Virus record (IMG/VR): IMGVR_UViG_3300037307_000169
Location: 856 to 64,855 of that record
DNA: 64,000 nucleotides
DNA from: a virus
Lineage: Duplodnaviria > Caudoviricetes
Reading direction: 5' to 3' (one strand)
Positions 1 through 9,894 of this stretch are shown here, in pieces. The translations under genes and the position numbers were made by a program. The number at the start of each line of letters is the position of its first letter. The first letter of the stretch is position 1. The notes under the pieces were generated by a model. That model did no database searches. It was not told the DNA's origin and saw nothing but the letters and a program-made list of their open reading frames with translations.

Positions 1-18
1 ATTACGTTGCTTGATCAT
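1..18 (-). CDS. Start of the gene following the capsid gene (partial, MIKQRN..., runs off the left edge)
   Basis: GGAGG RBS, then ATG at 18-16 on the minus strand. Confidence 0.55.
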
Positions 19-69
19 GTGTGTGCCTCCGATAGTTGACCCCCCCGTGCGGGGATACTTACTGGAAGT

Positions 70-98
70 GCCCGGGCCACGTCTGAGGTGGCCCGGGC
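70..98 (-). other. Perfect 11-bp stem-loop downstream of the capsid gene (mRNA stabilising or processing hairpin, possibly a weak terminator)
   Basis: GCCCGGGCCAC(70-80)-7 nt-GTGGCCCGGGC(88-98). No U-tract follows on the minus strand. A second small hairpin lies at 103-116. Confidence 0.6.
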
Positions 99-145
99 GT
101 TCGCCCCTGAAGGGGCATCCTATTAGCCATCATGCGGCTTTAGGT

Positions 146-1465
146 TCAGGAGTAGAGCCCAGGTTCGGTGAGATCCTTGATGAGCGTCAAACAGTTTCTT
201 TGCTCGACGCCAAGGTTGGTGTAGATCCGCAGGAACTGATCCCACTCGTCGTAGCCGGCCCGCTGGTGGATCTGCTGATCCAGGTTGCCCCAGCCGAGCT
301 CGGTCATCTCGTACTTCTGAATGGCTCCATCGGGTTCGGCGTAGATCTTGTTGGGGGCAAGGTCCGGGTCGATGACGATCTTGACTGACCCGTCGCCGCC
401 GGCAAAAGTGAGTTCCTCGTAGCCACCCCGCAGGGAGGTGGGGGCAAAGCGGACATCGGGCAGCAGCAGGTTGGCGTACTTGCGCCGCTGGCCGAGGCCC
501 ATGCGCATGGTCTGCACCCGACGGCCGGAGCGGGTCCGGGTCAGGTCGAGCGCCTGCAGCATGAGGTTGAGGGTGAGCTCGCGGTTGACGCCGGAGTTTC
601 CGAGGACGTTTGCTTTCCAATACGGGTAGGTGGCGACCACAACATTTTCGAATGTCGACAGCAGGGTGCCGTCGTCGTAGATGCCATCGAGGCCGGTCAT
701 TTCGACCGGGGTGTTGGAAGTGGCATGGGTGGCCTCGCGGGCGCCCAAGCGGACCATGAAAGAGCCCGAATCAACCGTGTCAGTGGCAATGGTGTAGGAT
801 CGTGCCGCCACAATGGGATGGTTGGTTTTGTACGTACCGTCGTTTGGCTCCATCTCCGCCGTCTTGTTGGCATAGTCGACCGAGGAAACGCGGCTGGCGA
901 CCGCGGACTGATCGATCGCGGTGCTCTGGTAGAAATCGACCAGCATGCCGGGAACCACCCGGGCCATGCCGAGGTCGTTGTTGCAGGTGATCGTCCAGGT
1001 GGCGCCGGACGTGGTGAGGGCGTCGGAAGCCGCTGAGAGGGTCGCCAATAGGCCGAAACCGTCGCCGCAGCTCTGGCGGTTGAGATCGTTGATCAGGCTT
1101 TGGTAGATGTCGTCCACCGCATCGCTGAGCCCGTCGACGAATGCCGCCACGTCGCCCTTGGCCGCTTCGATCGCGGGGCCGGTCAGCCGCAGCACACCGT
1201 AGATGTACTTGGGCGTGATCTTCCCCTGATCGTACTTGCCGGCCAGCGGATCGGGCAGCATCTCCGATTCGCGCCGGGCGCCAACGCCTTGCGCGCGGGC
1301 GTAGCGGATGCCGAAGAAATAGCCCAGGCCGCGGGGGGCGCGGCCGGACTTGGAAAATTGGTTGTAGGTGGTGCGCTCGTCCACGAACTGCTTCTGCAGG
1401 CCGGTGCCGTAGACGTTTTTGAGCGTCTCCTGAATTGCGGTAAGCGAATGATAATCTATTGCCAT
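146..1465 (-). CDS. Major capsid protein
   Basis: 439 aa, directly after scaffold and portal, with RBS; size and position typical of an HK97-fold capsid protein. Confidence 0.85.
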   Translation of the reverse strand: MAIDYHSLTAIQETLKNVYGTGLQKQFVDERTTYNQFSKSGRAPRGLGYFFGIRYARAQGVGARRESEMLPDPLAGKYDQGKITPKYIYGVLRLTGPAIEAAKGDVAAFVDGLSDAVDDIYQSLINDLNRQSCGDGFGLLATLSAASDALTTSGATWTITCNNDLGMARVVPGMLVDFYQSTAIDQSAVASRVSSVDYANKTAEMEPNDGTYKTNHPIVAARSYTIATDTVDSGSFMVRLGAREATHATSNTPVEMTGLDGIYDDGTLLSTFENVVVATYPYWKANVLGNSGVNRELTLNLMLQALDLTRTRSGRRVQTMRMGLGQRRKYANLLLPDVRFAPTSLRGGYEELTFAGGDGSVKIVIDPDLAPNKIYAEPDGAIQKYEMTELGWGNLDQQIHQRAGYDEWDQFLRIYTNLGVEQRNCLTLIKDLTEPGLYS

Positions 1466-1493
1466 TTCGTTTTCTCCTCCGGGTCGCGGAGGA

Positions 1494-2315
1494 TCACTTG
1501 CGTCGTAACAAAGCGGTCAGCGACTGACTTGCGATCCGCCGCGCCTCAGTTAAATTTTTAGGCCCCTGGCCATCCACCGTAGTGGTGGCCGGGGCCGAAT
1601 CGCCAGGTGGCGGGACAACCGGGATCTGATCCTTCCCGGTGCGGTATGACTTTATGAGAGCTTCTTGCGCGGTCTTGGCAACCTTGACCGCATACTCGGT
1701 CAACACCCGTTTCGCTGCTTTGCGGTCCTTGATGTCAATGTCGTTCACGGGGTTTCCAACCCCCATGATCGCCGCAACAACCGGTTTCAACGGAGCTTCG
1801 ATATCTTTCATCTGGTCGATACTCGCGCTCACGAACCCAAAAAACCCGTCCAGGTTCTGCTTGGCCTGCTCGGCGCGCTCGCGTTCGCGCGAGGCCTTGC
1901 TGAACTTGTACTCGCGCTCATCGAGCTCGGCCTCCAGCCGGGCGATCGTCTGCTCCGGGGTCTCCCCCTCCTTGGCCTTTGATCGCTCCTCCTTGGCCCA
2001 TTCCTTACGGTACTTTTTCAGGGTTTCGCTGTCGCGGACCAGCTCATCCGGGTCGGCGTCGCCCAGCCTGCTCATCACCTTGGTCGACTTGCTCAAAAAC
2101 TCATCCAGCTCTTGCTTGGTGCTCAAGCCGTACTTGTCGAGGAGCTCGTCGATGGTGTCGCTTGCAGGCGGCAGCGCGACGCCTTTTTCCTGCTTTTTGC
2201 CGGCATCCCCGTCCTTGTCGCTCGCCGGCGCTGCAGCCGCAGCTGCCTCCGTCGACGGCGTCGGGCTGGCGGTCTTGGCCGCCAGGTCGATTGCCGTTGC
2301 ATCAAAAACTGACAT
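1494..2315 (-). CDS. Capsid scaffolding protein (putative)
   Basis: Charged helical protein with an Ala/Pro-rich N-terminus, immediately upstream of the capsid gene; AAGGA RBS before ATG 2315. Confidence 0.65.
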   Translation of the reverse strand: MSVFDATAIDLAAKTASPTPSTEAAAAAAPASDKDGDAGKKQEKGVALPPASDTIDELLDKYGLSTKQELDEFLSKSTKVMSRLGDADPDELVRDSETLKKYRKEWAKEERSKAKEGETPEQTIARLEAELDEREYKFSKASRERERAEQAKQNLDGFFGFVSASIDQMKDIEAPLKPVVAAIMGVGNPVNDIDIKDRKAAKRVLTEYAVKVAKTAQEALIKSYRTGKDQIPVVPPPGDSAPATTTVDGQGPKNLTEARRIASQSLTALLRRK

Positions 2316-2393
2316 GGTGCGTCCTTTCGTGGGTGCGCCCGACATCAAACGCTGGTGCGCGTTCGAGGCTTTGCGCGGTTATAAACGGGTTGG

Positions 2394-2678
2394 TTAGTCC
2401 TCGCCCAGGCCCATGTCGGTGATCTGCAGGCTCATGCTTTCGGACTTGCCCGAATATGAGTCGTTAATGCTCACCGCCCGGACCTCGGTTCGGACCCGAA
2501 AAAAAAGGACGTCGCCGACTTTATAGTCCGCGACGTCCATATCGAGCTTGGAGAGGCTGTCTTGCTGGAGGTCTATCTGCAGCCCCCATGGGTAATTAGA
2601 TTCAGAAAGTGTGGGAACTTCTTTCGCTAGTGTATCCCTCAACTTCATTTCGGACTTGGTTTTCTTTAGAGATATCAC
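2394..2678 (-). CDS. Capsid staple/decoration-like protein
   Basis: YPWGLQIDL...SLSKL...SLQITDM pattern resembles the small phage capsid staple family; GGAGG then GTG at 2678; lies between portal and scaffold. Confidence 0.6.
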   Translation of the reverse strand: MISLKKTKSEMKLRDTLAKEVPTLSESNYPWGLQIDLQQDSLSKLDMDVADYKVGDVLFFRVRTEVRAVSINDSYSGKSESMSLQITDMGLGED

Positions 2679-2733
2679 GGCGCCTCCACAATGTATGGTG
2701 TTAATTTTCCCACGCATACACTATGAAGTCAAG

Positions 2734-4911
2734 TTATTGGATAGCCCCCTCCCCATATTGCGCCGGCTGGTATCCGTTTGGCATCGGTTCCGCCCCTGGA
2801 GCGGCGGCGCCCTCTCCGGCAGCGGTCGCGGCGGCCTGGCCGGCGGCGCGCTCGGCCTCGAATTCGGCCGTTTTGCGCATCATTTCGGCCTCCTGCTGCG
2901 CCATTTTGGCATCTGCACGCTGCTTGTGGCTCTTGGCGTGCATGATCATCATGTCCTGCACCGCCTGGGGCAGCATCGCGAACTCCTGCGAAATAATGAA
3001 CCTGCGATGGGTCTCGTAATGGATCCCATCGTCGTCGAATTCGAACCGGGGGTCGTCTATGATGACGACCGGGTTGTCCACCGCGGGGTCCATCCACATG
3101 CCGATGAAGAGCCCGGGCATGGCCAGGAACTCGACCAGGCCGATGGTGCCGTCCGGCTGGGGCATTTCGTAGCTGACCAGCTCCATGTCGTCCATATTTT
3201 TGATTGCGGCGACCATCTCGTTTTCCCGCATGGCCCGTTGCAAATCGGCGGTGTTTTTATTCCGAAACCCACCCAGCCCCAGCCGGCGCAGCAGCTCATG
3301 CTTGTCCTCCGGGTCCATCGGGGCGTCGGGGGCGAAGAACCCTTGCTCTGTCAGTTTCAGGATCAGGTTGACCTGGCCGGCCCGGGTCGACGCGGCGCCC
3401 GAGGCGAGCTCGATTCTGACGTCCGTGTTGTTGCGCAGGTTGGCGCCCTTGAAAGGGATGACCTTGCTGCGGTTGCCGGCGTCCGGGATCTTGATCATCC
3501 GCTCCTCGGTGTAGACCTCCTGGGCGAGGATCAGCTGCTTGCGCTTGACGCGCTTGTAGGCCCGATAGAACCGGTCGACGTCGGGCAGGTGCCCCTGCTC
3601 GGCCGCGTCGCGCAGGATGTCCACCATGACCCCGGAAGCCTGGTTGCTGGGCGCCTTACCGCGCAGGACGTTCTTGGGGTCTCCCGCGGCGTCCTGAGCG
3701 TTTTGCATGTGGACCGCGCGCTCATCGAGCACCTGGCTCGGTAGCGGGGTGCCGCGGGCCACCTCGGGCTTAGCCCCTCCGGCGAGCAGCGCATCGTATT
3801 TGATCGCAATGACGCTTTGCCCGTAGCCGGTAATGCGCTTCATGTTGACGTCGGTCGGGATCCAGACGATGGGGGTGCCCACCCCTTTACGGTTGATCTC
3901 CAGGGCCTGGTCAATCGAGTTGATGGTGTTTTGCGGGCTGATCAGGTCGGATACGCCGGAGTCGCTCACAAACCGGCCGGGCACAAAATGGTAATGGAAA
4001 TCGGTGATGGAAAAATCCCACCGGCCATCCTTGTCCACCAGGATCGGCATGCGCTCGTGCTCAAAAATCGTGGTTGTACCGACCCGGGCGCAGTAGTAAC
4101 CCTTGGGGTGCTGCTTGGTCGGCCGGATCTCGACCTCCTTCATCAGCACCAGGTCTTCGTCTATGACATCAAGCGCAATGCCGATGCCGTCGCCCTTCCA
4201 GGGGCTGACGCCGGCGACCATGCTGGCGAGCTTGCGTTCGTACTCGACCTCGAGCTGGTTGACGTCGCTCGCGTTGACCTTCAATTTGAACGTGTCCTCG
4301 ATCCATTCCCGCGGCCGCAGGCTCTTGATGCCGATGTAGCGCTTGCGCCGCAGGGTGTCGCCCAGCATGTCGAAGCTGACCGAAAACGGGTTCATGGTCT
4401 GGCTGCACACGTTGCCGGTCTTGATGGCATTGCCTTCGCTATCGAAGACCCAAGCGTCATCGTCCATGCTGATAAACGTGCGGTCGAACGCAATCCCGCA
4501 GACGATCATCCAGACGGCGATGCGCTCTTTTTCGTCCAGGTGCTCCTCATCGTTGTAGGATTCGAGCCAGCGCAAAAACCCCTCGCCGGCCTCGGCCGCG
4601 TCGCGGTCCTCCTGGTCATTGGAATTAGGCCAAACCGCCATCTGGTAATCCTTGTTGAGGATCAAACCTTTCATCGACCGGACATAGTCGCGGATGATGT
4701 TGGCGACCGGCGTGGGCGTGTAGGGGGTGGGCATGATCTTGCGAAACGCATTGGCCCCGCGGACCCACTCAAACCACTGCTCGCCGAGATAGTACAAAAT
4801 GTTGCGGAACCATATGCGGTGCAGCATGCGCATGGGCTGGTTTTGCTGGGAATTTTCGTCGAAAAGGGCGGAAAAGATTTTGTCGAGTTTGGCGGGATCG
4901 TACTTGGCCAT
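2734..4911 (-). CDS. Portal protein (P22-like)
   Basis: 725 aa, downstream of terminase and upstream of scaffold/capsid; DLISPQNTIN and helical Q/A-rich C-terminus typical of podovirus portals; AGGAG RBS. Confidence 0.85.
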   Translation of the reverse strand: MAKYDPAKLDKIFSALFDENSQQNQPMRMLHRIWFRNILYYLGEQWFEWVRGANAFRKIMPTPYTPTPVANIIRDYVRSMKGLILNKDYQMAVWPNSNDQEDRDAAEAGEGFLRWLESYNDEEHLDEKERIAVWMIVCGIAFDRTFISMDDDAWVFDSEGNAIKTGNVCSQTMNPFSVSFDMLGDTLRRKRYIGIKSLRPREWIEDTFKLKVNASDVNQLEVEYERKLASMVAGVSPWKGDGIGIALDVIDEDLVLMKEVEIRPTKQHPKGYYCARVGTTTIFEHERMPILVDKDGRWDFSITDFHYHFVPGRFVSDSGVSDLISPQNTINSIDQALEINRKGVGTPIVWIPTDVNMKRITGYGQSVIAIKYDALLAGGAKPEVARGTPLPSQVLDERAVHMQNAQDAAGDPKNVLRGKAPSNQASGVMVDILRDAAEQGHLPDVDRFYRAYKRVKRKQLILAQEVYTEERMIKIPDAGNRSKVIPFKGANLRNNTDVRIELASGAASTRAGQVNLILKLTEQGFFAPDAPMDPEDKHELLRRLGLGGFRNKNTADLQRAMRENEMVAAIKNMDDMELVSYEMPQPDGTIGLVEFLAMPGLFIGMWMDPAVDNPVVIIDDPRFEFDDDGIHYETHRRFIISQEFAMLPQAVQDMMIMHAKSHKQRADAKMAQQEAEMMRKTAEFEAERAAGQAAATAAGEGAAAPGAEPMPNGYQPAQYGEGAIQ

Positions 4912-4919
4912 TGCAGCTC

Positions 4920-5831
4920 CTACTGCTTGGACACATGCACGTTTGTCGGCCCCTTGCCGGCCGGCCACGTAGCTACACCGAAGGGTTGGTTGTTGGTTGC
5001 CACCGGGTCGCTCGACCAGGCGATCGTCGACCGGCTTTTGGTCTGATCGTCGGGCGGATACTCGACGTTGTTACGATACCGTATGGCTCTCACCCCCAAG
5101 TGAAGCATCCGCTGGAGCGGCAGTCCCGTTACCAACATTTCGGTGGTGCTGACCTCCGCCAACTGTTTTGGCGTGTCACTCTCTCCGCCGCGCCAAAAGG
5201 TTTGATACTTGACCGTATCGCCTGCAGGCAACGCAGTGCCGTCGGTCGTTTTGGTTACGGGATCCCAGGCAATCCTGACTGTTTCGCGCAGGTGATACTT
5301 GAGCTGATCGTAAGCGATGCCCGAGGGCACATAGGCGAGGTCGCTGGTGATCAATAGCAGGTCAAGCTGGGCGCCGGCCTCGCGGCCCCGGATCACCAGG
5401 GTGTGCTGGCCGGCGGTCAGGTCGTAGTAGACCGGATCGAACTGCGGCGGGCTGCCGACCGGCGAGCTGCCTTGGTCGCTCACCCGGTCCCAGCCGAAAA
5501 CATTTTGACCCCCCTGGGTGTGCCAGGTGGTTTCCGGGCGGTCGTCGATTTTGACAAAAAACGAGTCCTTACCCCCGGTGCTGTCGAATAAAACGTGGCC
5601 CCATATGACATACCGCCCGGCGTTAACCGTGAAAACGTAAGTCGCGCTGCCGGTATTGGCGCCGGTTGTACTGATGACGGCCCCCTTTGATGCCGCAGCC
5701 ATAGCAAGCGACACCATCGGGGCAACCAGCACCCCGCTTTCGGCTTCCATCCAAATCGCCTGGCTCCAAGCTAGTCCACAAATCGCCGTCAGCAGTGCAA
5801 CTCCCAGCAACGCAAACAGACGCGGTTTCAT
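4920..5831 (-). CDS. Secreted protein with a carbohydrate-binding-like (WMEAESG...) domain and an FN3-like C-terminal domain
   Basis: Sec signal MKPRLFALLGVALLTAICGLAWSQA; xEAE start, LTAGQHTLVIRGRE and LDLLLIT motifs resemble CBM6/35 jelly rolls; VRIAWDP resembles FN3. Confidence 0.55.
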   Translation of the reverse strand: MKPRLFALLGVALLTAICGLAWSQAIWMEAESGVLVAPMVSLAMAAASKGAVISTTGANTGSATYVFTVNAGRYVIWGHVLFDSTGGKDSFFVKIDDRPETTWHTQGGQNVFGWDRVSDQGSSPVGSPPQFDPVYYDLTAGQHTLVIRGREAGAQLDLLLITSDLAYVPSGIAYDQLKYHLRETVRIAWDPVTKTTDGTALPAGDTVKYQTFWRGGESDTPKQLAEVSTTEMLVTGLPLQRMLHLGVRAIRYRNNVEYPPDDQTKSRSTIAWSSDPVATNNQPFGVATWPAGKGPTNVHVSKQ

Positions 5832-6089
5832 TTACGCCTCCAGCGCCTTGATGAACTGTTTCATTATTCCGATGGCCTGTTTTCTGGCGCCCAGGCGAAC
5901 CCCCAGCGGGATCGCAGTATTGCTAGGGCCGCTTTTTGTTTTTGGGAATGCCATTCGAAAATAGTTTTTGCCGTCGGCACCCTCGCGGCAAATGATCAGC
6001 GAAATGATTCCCTTGTACTCGTTCAGCATGATGCGCTCGTCATGCGAGCCGACCTCCAACACCATAATATCACCGTTTTCTCCAGCCAT
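5832..6089 (-). CDS. Hypothetical protein, possibly PC4-like ssDNA-binding
   Basis: 85 aa; RIMLNEYKGIISLIICRE loosely resembles the PC4/YdbC beta motif. Confidence 0.3.
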   Translation of the reverse strand: MAGENGDIMVLEVGSHDERIMLNEYKGIISLIICREGADGKNYFRMAFPKTKSGPSNTAIPLGVRLGARKQAIGIMKQFIKALEA

Positions 6090-6099
6090 TTGATCTTCC

Positions 6100-6285
6100 T
6101 CACGGTATGGGCACGGCCTGGATGTCGGCCGCGGCGTCCACTTTTTTGGGCACATCCGCCACCACGTAAAGCGTAACCCCCGGGCTATTTTTGATCGTGA
6201 CGTAGTATACCCGGATACAGCTGCAAAGCATCGCGGCCGCCAGGACCAAGGCTACTTTTTGGGCTTTTTGCGCGAGGGTTCCCAT
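6100..6285 (-). CDS. Small putative lipoprotein
   Basis: Hydrophobic stretch ending in LCSC (lipobox-like). Confidence 0.35.
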   Translation of the reverse strand: MGTLAQKAQKVALVLAAAMLCSCIRVYYVTIKNSPGVTLYVVADVPKKVDAAADIQAVPIP

Positions 6286-6413
6286 CCGTGATCAATTGCG
6301 TTCAGTAGGCGCGCTTGGCGCTTGGCGTTTCGCAGGGTCATTTTTTCGCCTTTTACCCCGGCGGGAGTTTCGACTTTCCAATTTTTGCCATCTTTTGAAA
6401 TTTTTGCCGGCAT
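6252..6413 (-). CDS. Small basic hypothetical phage protein
   Basis: GGAGG RBS; MPAKISKDGKNWKVETPAG...RLLNAIDHGW. Confidence 0.55.
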   Translation of the reverse strand: MPAKISKDGKNWKVETPAGVKGEKMTLRNAKRQARLLNAIDHGWEPSRKKPKK

Positions 6414-6651
6414 CCCACACCTCCGCTGCGGATTTATCATCGATCATAAATTCGAGCCCCGCTTTGCGCAGCTCGGGGGCGTTGGCGAGTTTCAGTAAAT
6501 ATCGGGCATACTTTTTTTGCTGGTAAGCCGTCCAAACTATCTGCACAAATTCGGGCTCTGCGCAGCCGTTGTCCAAAGCGACCTGCCGAACGAACGATTT
6601 TCCCTGTAGCTGCCCAGCCTCGACTTTAATGCGCATCGGGATGATGATCAT
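6292..6651 (-). CDS. Hypothetical protein
   Basis: GGAGG RBS before ATG 6651; in operon context. Confidence 0.5.
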   Translation of the reverse strand: MIIIPMRIKVEAGQLQGKSFVRQVALDNGCAEPEFVQIVWTAYQQKKYARYLLKLANAPELRKAGLEFMIDDKSAAEVWDAGKNFKRWQKLESRNSRRGKRRKNDPAKRQAPSAPTERN

Positions 6652-6756
6652 CAATTGCCTCCGCATTTGAATATCGCGAGTTTAAGCAGGCAAGCGCCTG
6701 CGGCGAACCAACACAACATCATTACCAGTATCACGATCTCAATTCTGCCAAGGCGC

Positions 6757-7023
6757 TTACGCGACCGGCATTCCAAGTCCGTCATCTTTCGCCACATCAT
6801 CCACCTCCTTAACATTGTAGACGCTCCGATCGTCTACAGGCGCAGAGACCCGCGTCAGCATTGCGTATTCGCGGGCATCCTTGGAAATGATGCGGTTCAT
6901 CATCTCCGCTCGTTCTTTGCTCGCGGCTTCCAGTATCTTAGCACGCTCCAGCATATTAATTACGAAGTAAATGGCCATCAGCACCACCAACGCGATAATC
7001 ACCAACAGCTCGGTTGTCGGCAT
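6757..7023 (-). CDS. Single-pass membrane protein
   Basis: N-terminal TM segment LLVIIALVVLMAIYFVI; directly after the terminase gene. Confidence 0.6.
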   Translation of the reverse strand: MPTTELLVIIALVVLMAIYFVINMLERAKILEAASKERAEMMNRIISKDAREYAMLTRVSAPVDDRSVYNVKEVDDVAKDDGLGMPVA

Positions 7024-7032
7024 GTTGTTCCC

Positions 7033-8493
7033 CTATTGCTCTGATTCCTCCTGCTCCTGGAGGATGCGGTCGAGCTCAGACCATACCGCACGGTGGTGCG
7101 GTTGTATCTGAGCGAGTTTTTCCTGCTTAACCTTCTCGGCGACGTTTTTTGCCACCAACACGTCCGGCGTGCCTTTCGCCCGGGCCATTACCACATGGCA
7201 GGCCTCGTCGTAAACATGGTCTTCTTGCTCGGTGTCGATGTCCTCCGGGCAATCCTCGTCCATGGCGAGGGCCGGCACCGTGCGAATAAAATGCTTGCAG
7301 GAGCTGTAGACCACCAGCTGCGGCAGCTCGTGCGGGCTGGCCGGCAGCGCCAGGCGCTCGCGGAACGCCCTAATCTTGAGCTCGCGGCTGGGATCCCCGG
7401 GCCGCAGGATGATCCCCTTGCCCGACAGCACCTCCGCCGTGCTCGGCCCCTGGCCGCCGCCGCGGTAGTCCGGCTTTTTATTCCAACAGTCCGGCCCCGC
7501 CAGGCGGACGATGGGCCGCCCGGCGATGCCCAACTTCTGCTCGCGCTCCAGGATGCCATCGGCAATCAGCGAGTCCTCCATCCGGCAGCCCTCGTCTTCG
7601 ACGCCATTCCAGCCGTACCACTCGCTGAACCGATAAAGCCTGTCGGAACTGTCTAACCACCACCAGCCAATGGAGAAGGGCTTTCCAAAGCCCCAATCCA
7701 TCGTCATGTAGATTGCCACGTAGGGCGGGACCGGGATCGGCGCAATGATGTGCCGCGGGGTGATGTTGAACGCTTGGCCGATGTAGACGTCCCAATCCCC
7801 CTTGAGCCAGGCCGCCCGGAGGATGGGGTCGCGGATGGACAACAAGCGCGCCGCATACTTGGGATCGTGTTGCACCAGGATGCGGTTGTCGCGCAGGCTG
7901 CTCTTGATGTAGACGCGGGAGATCCGGCCGGTTTCGTCGTGGAATACGGTCCCCGTTGGCAATCCGTCTGAACCTAGCCGGAAATAAGATTTTACTTGCA
8001 GATGGCCAGGCCCCCCAGGATTGCCCGTGCAGAAGATGTGCGTCGGGATGCCGTGCGGGCTCCGGTTGGCCCCCGCGAGCTTGTCCATCAACTTTACGAA
8101 AAAGGGAAAGTTGGTGCATTCGTCAACACTTATCTCGGGGTATTGATGCCCTTGAATATCTTCCAGCTGGGGCAGGCTCTGGAAGGCCATCATGGCGATC
8201 TGGGCGCCATTGCTAAACCGGACATAATTCGCCTGGTTTTCGCCACCTACGCGCTCCGCCGGCAGGCCTTTTGCGATCAGCTCATCCCACCGCCTGCGCA
8301 GCTCGTTGAAATCTTTGTAGCGCCGCCTGACGATGAGCCCGTTCCAATCACGCCCGTAGCGTTGCACGCCGCCGATCTGCCGGCCGATCAGGGCATCCGA
8401 CTTTCCGCCGCCGCGGGTGCCGCCATATAAAATCTCGTCCGCCGTGCAGGTGACGGCGAGTAGCTGCGGTCCAGGTTGAGGCGCCCAATACAT
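7033..8493 (-). CDS. terL: Terminase large subunit
   Basis: Walker A YGGTRGGGKS, Walker B ISVDE, TGNPGG coupling motif, nuclease MDWG and terminal DHVYDE. Confidence 0.95.
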   Translation of the reverse strand: MYWAPQPGPQLLAVTCTADEILYGGTRGGGKSDALIGRQIGGVQRYGRDWNGLIVRRRYKDFNELRRRWDELIAKGLPAERVGGENQANYVRFSNGAQIAMMAFQSLPQLEDIQGHQYPEISVDECTNFPFFVKLMDKLAGANRSPHGIPTHIFCTGNPGGPGHLQVKSYFRLGSDGLPTGTVFHDETGRISRVYIKSSLRDNRILVQHDPKYAARLLSIRDPILRAAWLKGDWDVYIGQAFNITPRHIIAPIPVPPYVAIYMTMDWGFGKPFSIGWWWLDSSDRLYRFSEWYGWNGVEDEGCRMEDSLIADGILEREQKLGIAGRPIVRLAGPDCWNKKPDYRGGGQGPSTAEVLSGKGIILRPGDPSRELKIRAFRERLALPASPHELPQLVVYSSCKHFIRTVPALAMDEDCPEDIDTEQEDHVYDEACHVVMARAKGTPDVLVAKNVAEKVKQEKLAQIQPHHRAVWSELDRILQEQEESEQ

Positions 8494-8499
8494 GCTGGG

Positions 8500-9189
8500 T
8501 TATTCAGATATCGAGATCTCGGGCATGTCGAGCGGCTGGTTGTACCCCAGCATCTCCTTGACCTGCCGCTCCCACTCCGCGAGCGGCATAGGTTCCACCG
8601 GGTAGCCGACCAAAATTTTGGTCTCCTTTACCGTCATGGTGCGCTGATCTTCACGGCCGCCAATCAGGCCATGGTACTGCGCCAGCATGTGGGCCGCCTT
8701 CAGCCTATCGAGCAGCTTATATTCCAGCGTGTGCTCGGTGATGTCACCGTTTTCACCGCCTGGGATGATGCGCGTCTTGCGCTTGACGCCGGCTATTAAT
8801 GCCTGGGCAACCCCGCGGTCCATGTCAGATAGCTCGCGCAGGCCGCCGCCTTCTTCGCGCGGGTTCTCCAAATCGCACGGGTTGCCGCGCATGACCCGGG
8901 ATAGCCAGGCGAGCGTTTCCTCGGCGGGAGCGACGTCAGCCTTGGCGCGTGCATTTCTGACTATATCCAACCACTTTCGGACTCCTATATGATCCAATAA
9001 TTTATAGGCGAGCCCTTTGGCATATGACTCACTGTACCCAGCGGCGATCGCCGAGGGCATCACCCGCTGGAAGGTTGGTTTGCCGATGTCGAGGTACGCC
9101 TCGGCGAATGCCCGCCACCGCTCCTCAAGCCTAGATGTTTTTGGGTTGCGTTTTTTTCCTTTGGTGCTCTTGGGCTTGCGTTTTGCCAT
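8500..9189 (-). CDS. terS: Terminase small subunit
   Basis: FAEAYL...SAIAAGYSESYA...LL HTH motif, KLLDRLKAAHMLAQYHGL C-terminal motif; directly upstream of terL. Confidence 0.85.
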   Translation of the reverse strand: MAKRKPKSTKGKKRNPKTSRLEERWRAFAEAYLDIGKPTFQRVMPSAIAAGYSESYAKGLAYKLLDHIGVRKWLDIVRNARAKADVAPAEETLAWLSRVMRGNPCDLENPREEGGGLRELSDMDRGVAQALIAGVKRKTRIIPGGENGDITEHTLEYKLLDRLKAAHMLAQYHGLIGGREDQRTMTVKETKILVGYPVEPMPLAEWERQVKEMLGYNQPLDMPEISISE

Positions 9190-9712
9190 AACGACCTCCG
9201 TCGCCGGGCATAATAGCCTTGACGCCATCAAACCCCGACAACCATCGTTCTGTATTTGCAATAATACCGGCCAGCTGTGGACCGATTGAAAATCGCTGGA
9301 CATTTCTCTCCAGCGACTGATCAAAATTTCCGTTTAGGTTGTTGAGTCTGGAGGCGATCATCCAGTCGGCTACCATCTCAACCAGGTCGACCAGGTTCAT
9401 GCCGTTGATGCCTTCGTAGTGATGCTCCGGGTGGTGCCGGTTGACATGGTAATGGTGCTGGATGGCGGGCGCCATGAGCGCGAGGGTTTCGTAATACTCA
9501 TCGGACCCGTATTCCATTTGAGCCATGGTGCATATGTATTTTTTGTAATAGTCTATTTCTGGCTCTTCCATCTTGCTTCGGTCGTGTTGGTTGTACCGCT
9601 GCCAAAGTTCGCCGATGACCTCGTTCAGGACCACGCGCACGCAGTTGATATGCCGCGTGATTTTTTCCTTGGCGGTGCATGGCTGCGGATATAAATCTCG
9701 CAAAGTTCCCAT
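9131..9712 (-). CDS. DUF5662-like His-rich (HD-related) protein
   Basis: HD.SK, HHYHVNRHHPEH and MNLVDLVEMVADW motifs. Confidence 0.75.
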   Translation of the reverse strand: MGTLRDLYPQPCTAKEKITRHINCVRVVLNEVIGELWQRYNQHDRSKMEEPEIDYYKKYICTMAQMEYGSDEYYETLALMAPAIQHHYHVNRHHPEHHYEGINGMNLVDLVEMVADWMIASRLNNLNGNFDQSLERNVQRFSIGPQLAGIIANTERWLSGFDGVKAIMPGDGGRYGKTQAQEHQRKKTQPKNI

Positions 9713-9894
9713 TATTCATCCAACTCTTTCAGCATCTTATTACGCTTGACGCCCTCGCCAAAATAGCCCTTGTTTTCGCGGGGTTTTTCCCTGGCGCGCT
9801 TGGCGAGCTCCTCCTCGCGCTTGCGGCGCTTTTCCTCTTCGTCCATCTCATCTTCGTCAACGGTTTTTTTCTTTTCCCAAAATCTCAGGTTCAT
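9712..9894 (-). CDS. Small charged hypothetical protein
   Basis: 60 aa, overlaps both neighbours by 1-4 nt. Confidence 0.55.
   Translation of the reverse strand: MNLRFWEKKKTVDEDEMDEEEKRRKREEELAKRAREKPRENKGYFGEGVKRNKMLKELDE

Noticed and set aside
70-116. Rho-independent terminator after the capsid gene
   Set aside because: The hairpin is strong but lacks a U-tract on the coding strand, and downstream late genes must be transcribed; kept only as a hairpin
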